A stretch of DNA of 62,931 nt, the filler included, from Sphacelaria rigidula (Eukaryota): assembly GCA_964200075.2 (NCBI GenBank). It is 8 parts of 8 records of this genome, joined end to end, with 100 filler letters (N's around TTAATTAATTAA, not from the genome) between each part and the next. Parts side by side here need not be neighbours in the genome. Positions count along the whole stretch, not along the records: positions 47,276 to 55,053 come from CAXNAA020013485.1; positions 55,154 to 62,931 come from CAXNAA020013486.1; 6 more parts are not named here. One strand, 5' to 3'. Positions 49,800 through 62,190 of the stretch are shown here, piece after piece. The notes beneath the pieces are model-generated. The model did not search any database. It was not told where the DNA came from and saw only the letters and a program-made list of their open reading frames with translations. Numbering within the stretch: position 1 is the first letter of the stretch; every line of letters starts with the position of its first letter. A program made the translations under genes and the position numbers.

Positions 49800-52700
49800 C
49801 CTATCACAGGCCTTACCCGCGCTGTGCATAGGCTACGTTACTGCGTGTGCCTTAGCTATTGGCTTCACCTGTAGTGCCTTCTCCCGTCGAATCCTTCGAG
49901 TTTGATTCATACTTTTTAGGTTGGAGGGGTGCGCAAAAAGGCTTTGCCATCATTGTCCTTGAGGGCCCTGTCTAGTGAAGTTTCTTGGGGGCGAAACAAG
50001 CATGGCTGCTCTTGTCAATGGCGGGGCAAATGGGGGCTCTGCTGGAAAGGGTTTGCTGGAAGGGCAGAAGGTGAGAGTCAAATGCAATAGGGAGATAAGG
50101 CAGTAGTAGCGCTGTTCATTGTGGGTGCATTAGATCATTCCACGTGCTGAAGCCGTTGCTACGATAGTGCAAACAGCATGCACAACAGTAGTACAAATAT
50201 CAATATAGTACAGGAGAACACCTAGCTGTTGGAAAGTTCCACATTAATTTCGTATTTGTACATGTATTGACCAAATGAAATTTATCTGAACCCCGCTGTT
50301 CTCGTCTTGAGAGATTCGCGCGCGTGCATCTTCATGTACCAGCTTACGTTGCTTGCAATCCTGCTGTATCCAGGTATTGCATGGTAGATGTAGAGGGTAA
50401 GCCCCCATGTAGAACCGGGTTTCGTTCCCGAGCTTGTTCAGAATCTGTTCGAGAGCTGCATGTAGTACTACTGCACCACGCATCAATGCAGTTCCGTGAC
50501 CCAGGCCTTTCGGTATTTTCTACTCTGAAATTAGCACAAAATGACGAGCAGCCGAAAAAAAGAAACTTCGCGCAATTTTTCGGTTCACATGTGTGGTGTG
50601 GACACGGGGCTCTGTCGGGGACGGAAAGCAACACACTTAGAGGGCAGGAGGAGGGGGTTGCTCCCGTTGTACCTGGCTACAAGGTGGATTTGGTACACCT
50701 ATCCACGACTCAGCAAGCTCTATCTGGGTGCGCAGGTCGTGAGTCGGTCACATATTGGCTGTGTTACCTTGCAAGCGGGGGGTTGCAGATTTTTGGGCTC
50801 AACCTGCGCCCAATCTCTTCTGTGTCCAGACAAAGTGATGGAAGTGGCAGTAGCGATCGATGCCGCAAGAAGAGCGTGTAGGTCCACGGCTATGATAAGA
50901 AAAGGGACTTCATTGCTCGGGCGCATGGTGCTTGAGTTTCGCTTCCGTGTGAACGGGCGACCTTTTTTATATTCGAACCATCCTCTCCCATGCACACCCG
51001 TGGGGCTGGAAGGTGTCAACTGTTGTGCTTACTCTCTGTAAGAAGGGATTAATTGATCGTCCATACGTGGATATATATATATATATACATACACCACGGC
51101 TGCTCTGCACTGACCGATCTGACAGTGGAGGGACAAGCCGGACGGCCCGTTGAGTGCAGTAGCACACCAGCCCGGTTGCGCTGTTGTGGGGGGTTTACCG
51201 CACCTTACCAGTGCAACAACTCAGTATAGTAGCGCACTGTTTGTTTACCCAGAGTTCACACAAAAGTACGTAAGTTTCCGATAAGGTGGTTGTTAGTTGA
51301 CTTGCACAAATCGTGATACGCTGTCGCACATTTTATGTGCTGTACATTTGGCTATATGATGACCGCACATCTGGTCAGAACAGGCAGTCCTCGTTGACGA
51401 AGAGACAAGTGGAGCATTGTTGCCTTTGTTTACATAAAGTCAACCACAGCGCACTCCAGCCACAGCTGGAACCGCGTGCGGTGAGGTCCGCCTCTCTCTT
51501 CCTCTAAATTCAGTGAACATGATCTTCTGTGCCACACAGCATTTTTTTTGTCACCGGGGCGCGACGTGTGCAAAAATCTACCCCTCGTGTCGGTCCCCTT
51601 CCCACACTTCTGCGTCCGAGGGATGCTCCCTCCGGGTATGCTATGGTTTAATTCTCCGCCAGTCCGTACCCACCGCTGAACAACTAATCCGTACCCACCG
51701 CAAAACCGATCTAGTTGTTGAATCAAAAACCAGGAATTACCGCTGCGTGCGGTGATGCCAGGTGCGGTCTCCATCCTTGTAGGGGATTGCAGCGTGAAAG
51801 TTGCATTCCCCGTTCAAGTCCATAACTGCCTTGAGATGCTACAATAGTTGGGGAACTTCGCTCAATTGTATGCTTACTGGTGTCGAGTAGGAGCAGTGTG
51901 TGCGGCTTGCTCTGTCTGCCGGCACTTCAAGAGAAGTTGCACATGATAGCACAGATGGTCAGCCTCCACGGCGATGTAATATTATACGTATGAGTTGTTT
52001 ACTGCCTGTTGAGGATTGTGCTCAGGGTAAGAACAACGGCCCAGTTCTGAAGTCGACCTCATGTAGACTGCCGTGACCATTTTTGTCCCTCCCGATAGTA
52101 TGCATGTATACATGTACTATTGAAGTGTTGTGAAAATATCAACCCGTCGTGGATTCAAGGTTGCCCCCGCCCGAACGAAAGATATTGCACGGGCAGTTAT
52201 CCATTTTCTGTCCCTGTCGGGATCCCTTTCGTGTGCGAACGGTCAATATACGAAGCTTTGACGAATCGATCCTCCGCGTGCATTGCAGAGTAATGAAAGT
52301 GACGAGAAGTGTGAGCTCTGTTCGCTTAGAGCGTGGCTTACTACGTTACTTGACAGTTCCTTTCGTCCTGTGTATGTAGGCGCTTATAATCCATGCGTCA
52401 CATGCGAACGTCGGCGAACCGGCTTTCTTCCAGCCAAAGGGCCCGAAAAATTAGAACGTTCTTTTACCCCAGCCCCACAATGGGACGGGCTTTGATGAGA
52501 TGACCGCACCGCTCCGTGTCACTACCCACGACCTTCACCGACAGCAGATGATGTAGACAGCATGCGTTTCTGATATACACTGTTGGCGGAAGCTGGTGAT
52601 ACTCCATTTACGTCAAGAGCATTTACGTGAAAAGTCTGGGTTCTTTTTCATCTCATATGCAGAGATTTTGACTTTTGGAGTAGATTGAAATTGAAAGGAA

Positions 52701-53350
52701 ATAACCTGTGACCCTTGTCTCCTTCACCTTTGGTGGATCGTTACGTAACTGTTGTTGCAAAAGCTGTGTCGATCGGAGTATCCACCTGCACACATGAGTG
52801 CATGTCGTAGAACGTCGATGCACGTTACAGCTTCCCAGTACGTATGCAACAGCGGTTATGGTGTGCACGCCAATATTTTAGTATTTCGTTTGTATCACCT
52901 CTGTATTACGTACCAGTAGTTATATTGTTGTGCTTCGTCTCCTTTTGTCAGTGGCGCGTTTGACACTCTTGTTTTCGTTCTTCACAACAGTTACCTACAA
53001 ACGGAGCTATTCCTCACTCATTTTCGTAGCATCGAAAATTTTCGCGATTCCAATTCTCCGATATGCAGTCAGTAGTAATATATAGTCAGTACAGAAGCCA
53101 CCCCGCCTTCTCAATACCAATACGAGTACGGAAACTAAGGTCTCAGGCCTTATTCAGCCCTTGGACAACCGATCTACAACTCTCATTTATCGAGTGATCA
53201 TGGTGGGCGCCAATCAAGTGTGTACAGGCTCCCTGCATGTGTGTCCTGGTTTATTTTGGCATGGACTGTCTCGCTTCACCCCGCTCACCATTTGTGCCTA
53301 GCTAGCTGGCTGGTTTCCTGTACAGACAGCACAGGTAGCTACTGTCCCTC
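49800..53350. repeat. ~3.5-kb degenerate palindrome, centre ~51560
   Basis: GCACAACA/TGTTGTGC, GGCGGGG/CCCCGCC, TTGTCC/GGACAA, GACCGCAC/GTGCGGTC and TGCGGTG/CACCGCA; core TTTTGTCAC...GTGTGCAAAA. Confidence 0.75.
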
Positions 53351-53499
53351 GGGGATGGTCTATTATTCTTGTTTAGTTTTCCTTGAAGGAAGGAGGAAAC
53401 CTGACCCAACACTTGCCCCGTAAACGGATTTGTGTGCTGATCACCGGGGGTCTCGGCTAGATTGCCTCGCGGCAGTCATGTAGGGTAGGTATGGGAGTC

Positions 53500-54780
53500 A
53501 GACCCAGTAAAACCCCGTTTCAAGTTGGTGCCATTCACGCGGCGCCCTGCTCCTAAGAGCTTCGGCCGTACTTGTAGGATGGTGTTGCGTTTGTACACCA
53601 AGAGCGGGACGTTGAAGGCGGTGGGTCTGAATGGCGACAGATGCAGGGTTCTGGTCGAGCCAAGCCTGGTTTCTATCTTGAACGATGGAGGCGTCGGGAC
53701 GCAAAAAGCATCGAGATTTCAACGATAATCGACGACGCAGTACGAGTGCTGATCCAATCCACAAAACAGTCTCTGTAGAGCAGGTACCGGGGAAGATATC
53801 GGTCGATCTATTGGGACTGCCGACTCACCCCCCGAGGATGGTGATGGAAGCGGGGGGAGGGGGAGCTGTTGAACGTTCCGTCTCATTCCATCACAAAGAG
53901 TTTGATCTTCATTGTATAATACAAAAAGGAACAACCACCCTCACGTGAACATCGATTCAATAGGTGGGCAAGGGAGGGACAGTGCGAGTGACGAGATTTC
54001 GCAGGGTTCAGGTGGCGGTGGACGTCGTAAAAGCCAAGCATGCCGGTCTAATTCATATGAATACTTTTGGGAGGCCGTGAGACTAATGTGCGGAAACAAT
54101 GATGAACGTAGGTGTATGACCCACCCCGAACTGTTGGAGCAGGATACATCATACACGGCACCATTGTGTCGTGTACTTTCAGAAATTCTCGCCCTATTTA
54201 TTTTTAGGCTGCCTCTTGAAGACTGGAGAAAAACACTGGAAAAAGTTCGGGCAGATAACTTTTCTCTGTAACTTTTTTTCAGAGAGGTGAGTTTTCAAAA
54301 CCCCACCTTTCTTTGTTTACACTGTATTTATAACGCACTATAGTCTATGAGAATGAAAAAAAACTGGGGATTTGTACACCCGATGCCATCATCTAGCCTA
54401 CCTGAAGATAATGGTCAATTTTTTGCATTTAGTACTTGTGCCACAAGCGGTAAACCGAGAGGCCCAATATCGGGAAATCCATGAGCCACCTCCTCTTTCG
54501 CCGCACAAACCTCATTCTGGGGTTGGAGGAGGGGGATACCCAATTTTATGAGGGGGGTACCCCCCTGATGGCTGGATGATGGCGATAGTAGCTGCTGTAC
54601 CGCACCGCACGTGTTTGCCGGTAACGTCGGCCTGCGCCGGGTGTACCGAAACGGTAGGTAGAACTGTAGGGGTAAGTCGAAGCAACTAGAGAAGAACATG
54701 TCTGCAGAAGCCGGCAGTAAAGGTCAAAGCGCTGAGGGTACCGGCGCTGGAACTGTGCCGTAGATTCCAAAAGTCTTGCG
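53500..54780. repeat. ~1.3-kb degenerate palindrome, centre ~54134
   Basis: GTGTATGA/TCATACAC core, ACAATG/CATTGT, and GTACACC...GACGTT with AACGTC...GGTGTAC. Confidence 0.7.
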
Positions 54781-57236
54781 AAGGGTGAACGTGAAGTGGG
54801 CACGCACGCCTGGCACCCAGGAGTTTGCATGGATCTGCCCTTGCAGGCATAAGACCCACTTTTATGGCAAACGAATCCCGATTTTTTCGGAGACTCAAAT
54901 TCGTGTTCTCAAAATCGGGGTGACCATTTTATGGCACAGATGGTCATTTTTTGCATGAGAGTGGTGCTGCGTACTCGTGCATGAAGCCGAAGAGCAGGCA
55001 GGCGGTTAACAATCCTTCGAGTACAGTCTCGTACCTTGATACCCTAGGGTAATNNNNNNNNNNNNNNNNNNNNNNNNNNNNNNNNNNNNNNNNNNNNTTA
55101 ATTAATTAANNNNNNNNNNNNNNNNNNNNNNNNNNNNNNNNNNNNNNNNNNNNGCTTGCCTTAGTCATTTGACCATTGACCACGCATCCCTTTCGAGACG
55201 GAGCAAGGGAGGGGGGGGGGGGGACCGGGATAGTGAGCTGTGACATTCATACGGCTCGTGCGAAAATGTTTACCCAGTGCTACAGCCTCTTGTCCGGAAC
55301 CTGCCATCCGCAAACGTGAGGAGCAGGTTTGATGAAACAAGTGGATGAAAGCCGACGAAATACAGAAGTACCAATCCAATCGAATGCTCGGTGGTAAAAT
55401 TGCCACACGAGTACCGGAAGATTGATGGATATATCAATACCATGAACCTACGGACTTGTGCCGAGGACAGTGAGGATTGAACGCGCGACAAAGTCGAAAA
55501 CAATGAAGAAAAAGCAACATCCGCTAGAAATTCTACCACAACTCTCAACGTTACCGTAGGTGAGCCACTCCACATCTTCGCCGATAGCGTTGAGAACGTG
55601 TTTGAGGGGGTTCGGCGTTGGGCTGATGGACATCCCTGTCTTGCATTTTCCCCAGCGAAGAGTATCGCGATCAGCGTCCGCACAAGCACACAATGAGGCG
55701 AGGGGGGCAAACATGAAGGGAGCAAGGAAAATAGGTTACACTGTACACGTACGGAATGATCGCCGTGTCGCAGGAACTGCCGCGAACCTAGAGATCAAGG
55801 AGTGCAACCGCTGTCAAAGATCCAAATGCACGAATTTTTCATGGATGATTGACGGGAACCTGGAAGTTCAATGTCCCAAATGTCGCGCAATATAACGACC
55901 GTGCCAGGGGTGGAGTGAAATATGGCGGGATACTTACACGAACAACCGCAAGCTGCTGTGTTCACGCCACTGCTATGGGGTGAATGAAGGCCTTACCGAT
56001 CAAAAATCCGCTTCCCACAAAATACTAAATGAATGCAGACGAATATTGAAGACGTATTGAAGACGTCATAGACTGGTCGGGCCTGTGCCGAACCTCTGCC
56101 GAAAATGGCACACGCTTCATTCCAAGTCACCTAGTTTTAGTATGCGACATATGTATTTTTTGTCATCGCAATTATCTCGAGACACCAAGCACAGCGGCCT
56201 CTGGAACTTCACAGCCCCCCGCACACACACTACACCTATTCAGCACCGCAAGCGGATTTGCTCCATTCGCCGTAGGGGATCCGAAAAGCCCCAGAACGTT
56301 GCAGGAAACACGTTTTTCATAACATTTTGTGTTTGGTGCAGCGGTTTGCAAAGTGCTGCAGGCCCCGCGGCATGCGTACGGAAACCTGTCGCTACACTAA
56401 ATAGTTCCGGTGTATGGGAAGCGCACGCATCAAATCGCAGTCCAATCCTCTGCCTCGTTGCCGAGAAAATAGAGTTGAAAGATGAGCACAACAACACACT
56501 ACAACAAGAGGGGCACAACAACAACACGAGCAGCAGCTTCTATCCCCCTGCTGTTATAACCCTGTGTATAGTTGTACAGTAACGTCAGTCACAGGTGTGT
56601 TGTAGAATGTACTGTAGCAATATTACATTTTGTATGAGCGCCGTCGTCATTTTGAGTGACGCGTGCACTTGTGATTGAAACTGATTGGCTCATTTAGGTT
56701 TCATCTCTTCTGCATTCAACTGACTGTTGAGCTGGTCGATCCATTTTCCAGGTATATAGTGCCCAAAATCGGGCCCTAATCACCCCCATGACTGTGCACA
56801 TCAAGAAAATACTCCGCCCCATTGTGCGGGCCATAGCCGAGCCATACCCAGGAATCGGGGATTATCGCCGCGATAAGTAGGTTCATTTCGAACACTCTTG
56901 ACATACTTAGCAGTGCGCCTACTGTTCTTGCAGTGAATTTTTGTGGAAGATGCCGTGGCATGCAAGTACAGACAAGTTGCTCACATAGGAGATGGGGAAG
57001 ACAAACCCCGCACGACTTGCAATGTATTCGGAGATCAACAATTTCGATGTACGGCCAACAACATACAGATATATCCGGTTGGAAAGAGCATCCGTGGATG
57101 AAGGGTACAAAACTCGTTCAGGCTTTCCCCCCTACAATTTACCACCGGGTACACGAGCGCAAAACAGCGACCAGATAGACCGGGTAAACAAAAGCCTTGC
57201 GCGTGTGCTGAGACGTATTCGCACTGTGCGACGCAC

Positions 57237-57373
57237 CTGAAAAAAGAGAAGGACCGGAGTCGAACTTGTAGCCGCCGCGCTCGAAGCCGTGAGCACATCC
57301 ACCGGCATGTGTGTGCGATTCGCAGACAATCACCTTCTTCCCGTAGTTGGAGAGCAATGCCGCTGTGCACAGT
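57237..57373 (-). CDS. Single exon of an FAD-dependent carotenoid isomerase / phytoene dehydrogenase-family protein (CRTISO-like)
   Basis: cag|A CTG TGC...TCA G|gtgcgt encodes LCTAALLSNYGKKVIVCESHTHAGGCAHGFERGGYKFDSGPSLFSG, the dinucleotide-binding region typical of the CRTISO/CrtI family. Confidence 0.85.
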
Positions 57374-58479
57374 CTGCAGGGGCACGTGCAGTTCAACAAT
57401 GTCGAGAGGCGGCAGCACGAACTATCAGCACCTGTAGCGCTTAGTTCTCTAGTCTAATTGCGATCCTATGAAAATTGGGGGATATGGGAGTACTCTCAAT
57501 TCTGGATGCCGTAGTCACGAAACCATCGAACTCACATCCCTACAAAGCGGGGACAGAGCACGCCGGCATTCGCCGGATTAGGCTGGCAGTCACCAAGCAC
57601 GAAGTGCCGAGATGTGTTCGGTGAGTCGCACGAAGGGTGAGCTCCATCCTGTTAAGATTGTTCGGCCCGAAATGTACTACAGGCTGGTTCACGCCTATCT
57701 CCCAAAATTGTGTCAGCAGCGAATTCCTTCCGCCAAACCTATCAAAAAGTCGCATGCATGGATGGTATCATACTGACCGCAAATAACAAACGAAGAGGGT
57801 GACATAGCCGGCTTTTGTTTCAGGCCTCAGCGGTGGCACTAGGGGGGGGGGGTGTACTCATGATCATGCATGCCATAGTCATCAGACCATTGACCTCGCA
57901 CTAGGGGCGAAGGTACCTTGACCAATCCGCGTCATTCAAATTGTTCAAAAATTTGAAATAAAAATTCCCAACCCAACTTCTACCCCATCTCCGCATGCGT
58001 CAAATCGTAGTGGCCTTCAACAGCTCGGAAATCAAAAAGGGGAAAACGTAGTTGAGAACGGTTACTATGGGATCGAATTATACCCCCAAACCGCGGTATT
58101 TCAGCGATGTGGTCTTTTGGCGTCTTCAGATTTACACTGATGGTACGCACAAAAGACCCAGAGGTCCTCATGATGATTTCTCGTAAGGTCTGTCGTTAAA
58201 AATCGCCCTCAAACTCGGCAGTCCCATAGGCATTGGCGCTCCAAATAGAAAAAATGCACAGTTTTGGGAATGACTGGGCTCGAGCACCTCGAGGGTTGAC
58301 GCACACTTTGCAGAGTCCACTTCCATTCCGTCTAGTTAGTTTCGTGCTTTTGGTATATCTGGGTTCACACACGCAAGATGAGTGGAGGAAAAAGTGGAGA
58401 GTTGGCTCATCAGGGCACTACATAACCTAGATCACGGTCCATGACCAATGTAGATCACGGTACGTTAGCAATGTATACT

Positions 58480-60310
58480 TGACGTGCCGCGGGCTCGCAA
58501 ACGTCGACGTTCCTCTCTTTCATTTCTTGCTCATCACTCGCATCGTTTTGACTGCGCCATGACTACCGCAAACATTGTTTCTCGTTCAGTTATTGTGATA
58601 TCCAACGAGAGGGTCGCGGTTGGCGGGGCTGTGGAGATAAGTCGTGCTACGCGTGTTACATGTTATTTTTCACCATCGTAAATACACCAAGTTCTCATTC
58701 TCCCTCCCCCCTCCCCCGCCCCCCAAACGGCCCGCCCTGGAAGGTGGGGGATGTTACCAATATTGGGGCAGGGTCTGTGGTGCTGTGAATGCAGCATTTA
58801 CAGTCACGAGACGGTGAACCAAGCCAGCTGGCTGCCGGTCAACCCCAAAGCAGCTACTACTGTACTTGTGATGTACTGTATCCCCCAGCAGCCTACACAT
58901 ATATGCTACAAGTACTAGTGTTGCACGGGTATGCATCATATTTTGCGAGGACTCCCTCGCAATATACTCGAGGTCGTCCCCTCGCTCATAAGCCCCGAGG
59001 CTGCACCGGTAATGGCTCATGGCTGGGCAAATGCGATGGTAAACGTACGTCAAAAAGATGCAAAAAATAACCGCTTTCCGCTTAAGCGCCAAGGGTCCAT
59101 TTGTCCCTACGCTGATGGCACGGAAGTGCTCCATCTGTGGTCATCTTGATTGCAGAACAGCTCCAAGCCGACCTACATCGCAAACACTAGGTTGTTGCGT
59201 TGAAAGCCACCAACACGTAGGCCGCCACCGTTGGCATACAACAAGAGTATGCCAGAATGAACCCAAGATGCAAGTGACAACGAGTGGCTAAATTTGTACC
59301 TCGTGAGAGATGAGGAGAGGAGGGAAGGGTGGGACTGGAGCCCTTACTTTGTCTTATCTGTTGTAGACCTCGTCCCTTGGCTTACAACTCTAGCGTTGTT
59401 CCATATCTCTGGTTTCTATCATGTTCTGCTTGATACCTGGATATGTTGTCGCTCTTCCTGTCTTTTTTTTCTGCTTCCTCTCCCCCTTCCTGTTTCTCGT
59501 CATTTCGAGTCGCATTTTCCTCTGTTTCAATTTCTTCTTCTCTCTCTAATTCTCTCTCCAAGCCGTCTCAATGTTTGTGCTTGCTTCTGCAGAGCTGGCG
59601 GGTAAGAAGTTCTGCTCAAACCGCGCGGTTCCCAGAAAGTTGAGTTTCTACCGAGCCCTTGGCTTTGCTTTTGGCAACATATCCTAATCCCGGATCTGCA
59701 GCGACCCCAATTTGTGTCAGATCGGGGGAATTCAAATTCGCGAAACTCAGATCCGTGTGTACCCCATTTTGGTTTCACAGATTTGTTGAAATAATTTTGT
59801 ACATGGAGGGTCATTGCTGCAGGGATGTGGTATCACAGTGAAGCCAGGGAACAGGCAGGCAGGGAATAATCCTTCAAGAGCAGCGTCGTACCGTGGTACC
59901 CTAGGATGTAACGCAATGCAGTACACTCCACCATCACAGTACACGATAATGTCGTGTGGCAAGACATTATGGTACAGATGGTATTGCGAGAGCAGTGCAC
60001 AGTGTGCGGGAAGAGTTCACGAGTGCAGTGCCTTTGATCACCCTGCAAGTACAGCGACAGCAGATAGTAGGATAGTGCAGTACCGTTCGTTACGATAATG
60101 CACACAGCAGCGCAGTGCAGCATAATATATTACCATCGCCGCCGGGTACGGCGTCAACACTTCTTATCCGCTTGTCAAACCCCGTGCGAAGCTGCTCAAG
60201 CAGCTGGCGCTGACAGGCACGGCGCGTGCTGTCACAAGACTGTCTGCTGCTGCAGTTGCAAAATATCAAGCCCCTGCTGCCCTATCATCGTACGTCGTTG
60301 TACGTACGTC
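58480..60310. repeat. ~1.8-kb degenerate palindrome, centre ~59425
   Basis: TGCTGTG..GCATT..ACGGT with ACCGT..AATGC..CACAGCA, CTGTACTTG/CAAGTACAG, TGTTGC..AAAGCCA with TGGCTTT..GCAACA; core CATATC/GATATG. Confidence 0.75.
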
Positions 60311-61397
60311 ACTTCCTACAGATTTGGGGGACCTCGATTTTCCCCGATCTGCCCTCAAATTCGGGGAACCGTTCTCAAATGGTGACATACGAGACTGAGC
60401 TTCCCCGATTTGGGCCAAGTTGAATTCCATAATAGGTGTTTCCTTATTAGAGTTCCCCCGATCTGCGTACAGATCGAGTTTTGCGACTGCCATTAAAAAT
60501 GGTTTTAGGTCCATTATTATTGACCTTTTTGTTGGACATCTCAAAAATTTCGAAACTGGTAGGATACCTCATGAGTCTCGACCGCTGGCAAGCGCTACGG
60601 CATACAGAGAGGGCAGCTATCCGAAGTGCTGTGTTGCAGTCCGATTTCTTCGAACGTCTCCAAGAAACGCTCCGGAGATAAAATTAGCCCATTTCGTTTT
60701 TGGAGAAAAGTCTGAACGCAGAGTCCGAAAAGTCCGAAATTTTCTGAGATATCCGAAAAAGCAGTATCGATAATAATCGGCCTTATCCGAAGCCTCAAAA
60801 GGTCCTGTTGGAGTTTTTGTCGGGACCGGTACTGAACATGAGCTTGGCGCATTTTCGTCTTTATTATCCTCCCCTCCTTTCCTTTTCTCTTGATTACTCT
60901 TTTGTTTTGTGGTCACACGGAGTATGTCTTTCAGTGAGTGATCATCTTCAGTAAGTGATTCCGTTTCTGTTATGTTGGATATGCCTCTCTTGCGACCATG
61001 ACCGGATTCGCAGCAAATCACTCAATGTGCGAGAATTAATCGATCAACGGTTGTATCGCATTTCCCTATTCTAGTTACACGTAGTATGCACAGTGCACCG
61101 CCGACAAATTTCGGTACGTGCAGGCCCGAATATCTAAGAAGCCAATTCATTCACTGAATATCTACTGAATGCTTGAGGCTGGGGGACATAGACATCGTGA
61201 ACCCTCCTCCTGTCTCATGTCAAGCATTTTTTCCATAATGGAATATGCAGCACAGAACGATGTAGTAATGCAAGCGATGCGCTACAGCACAACAATTCGT
61301 AATTTTTCCACGTTCATCTCTTGGTTAGATTGATTGGTTTTCACACTTCAAGTGATTAGTGTTAGTGTAGCTGCAAACCCTCACGGGTGGCCACTGG

Positions 61398-61672
61398 TAC
61401 ACGTTACGGGAGGTTATACGGTTATACAACCTGGGTTACACCCATCACCTGATGTAGGGTCGCGTAACCCACGTTACAGGAGGTTATACAGCAACATAAT
61501 CTGGATTACTTTCAACATCTTATACAAGGTCTCGTGACCCACGTTACAGGAAGCTATATAGCAAGCATAACCTGGATTATTTTCAGCACCTTATGTAAGG
61601 TCGCGTGATCCACGCTCCAGGAAGTTATATGTCAATATAAACTTGATTATTTTCAGCACCTGATGTAAGGTC
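61398..61672 (+). repeat. Tandem repeat, ~70-bp unit, ~4 copies
   Basis: ACCCACGTTACAGG...GTTATA...GGATTA.TTTCA.CA.CTTAT recurs at ~61400, 61468, 61538 and 61609. Confidence 0.8.
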
Positions 61673-61907
61673 AGAGAATCTCGGAGGGAACGTGCCGCGA
61701 GCCGAACACGCAGCATTCCTTACAGAGCGCCCACCCCCCCTCCTTTTTTCACCGCCAACTCGACTCACGTATTTAAAGCAGCAGTCGAAAAATTCCAGGG
61801 TGTTCCTCGGTATACCATACCGTCAACGGATGGTGTTTTCTTGTATGTGCACACCGCATCAGCATTAGGGAACAAAAAAAAACATGTTGCAAAAACAAAT
61901 GAAAAAT

Positions 61908-61995
61908 TGGTGGCGGCGAGAATCGAACCCGTCTGGAAGGGTCCGGAATCCATTACTCGCCAGACGGTGGCCAATGACAAAAATAACGCACCACC
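61908..61995 (-). pseudogene. tRNA-like sequence (tRNA pseudogene or SINE head)
   Basis: Minus strand: GGTGGTG...CGCCACC-A acceptor-like stem, T-loop GGTTCGATTC and a TCTGG/CCAGA stem with an enlarged loop. The D arm is degenerate. Confidence 0.45.
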
Positions 61996-62072
61996 CATTT
62001 GGAACACATTACTCGCCGAACATGTGTATATCTCTTGTTCAGGAAGCGAACAGTTTACCCATTGAAGTGGTG

Positions 62073-62190
62073 AGCGCTCACTTGTAGCTCAATGGTGAAA
62101 TATCAGCAGAAGTAGTGAGCGCTCACTGGTGACTCAACGGTGAAATGACAGCTTGTGGAACAAGAGGTCGGGGGTTCAAGACTTCAGACG
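62073..62190 (+). pseudogene. tRNA-derived head with tandemly duplicated A-box
   Basis: AGCGCTCACTTGTAGCTCAATGGTGAAAT is repeated as AGCGCTCACTGGTGACTCAACGGTGAAAT, followed by the B-box-like GGTTCAAGAC. Confidence 0.45.
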
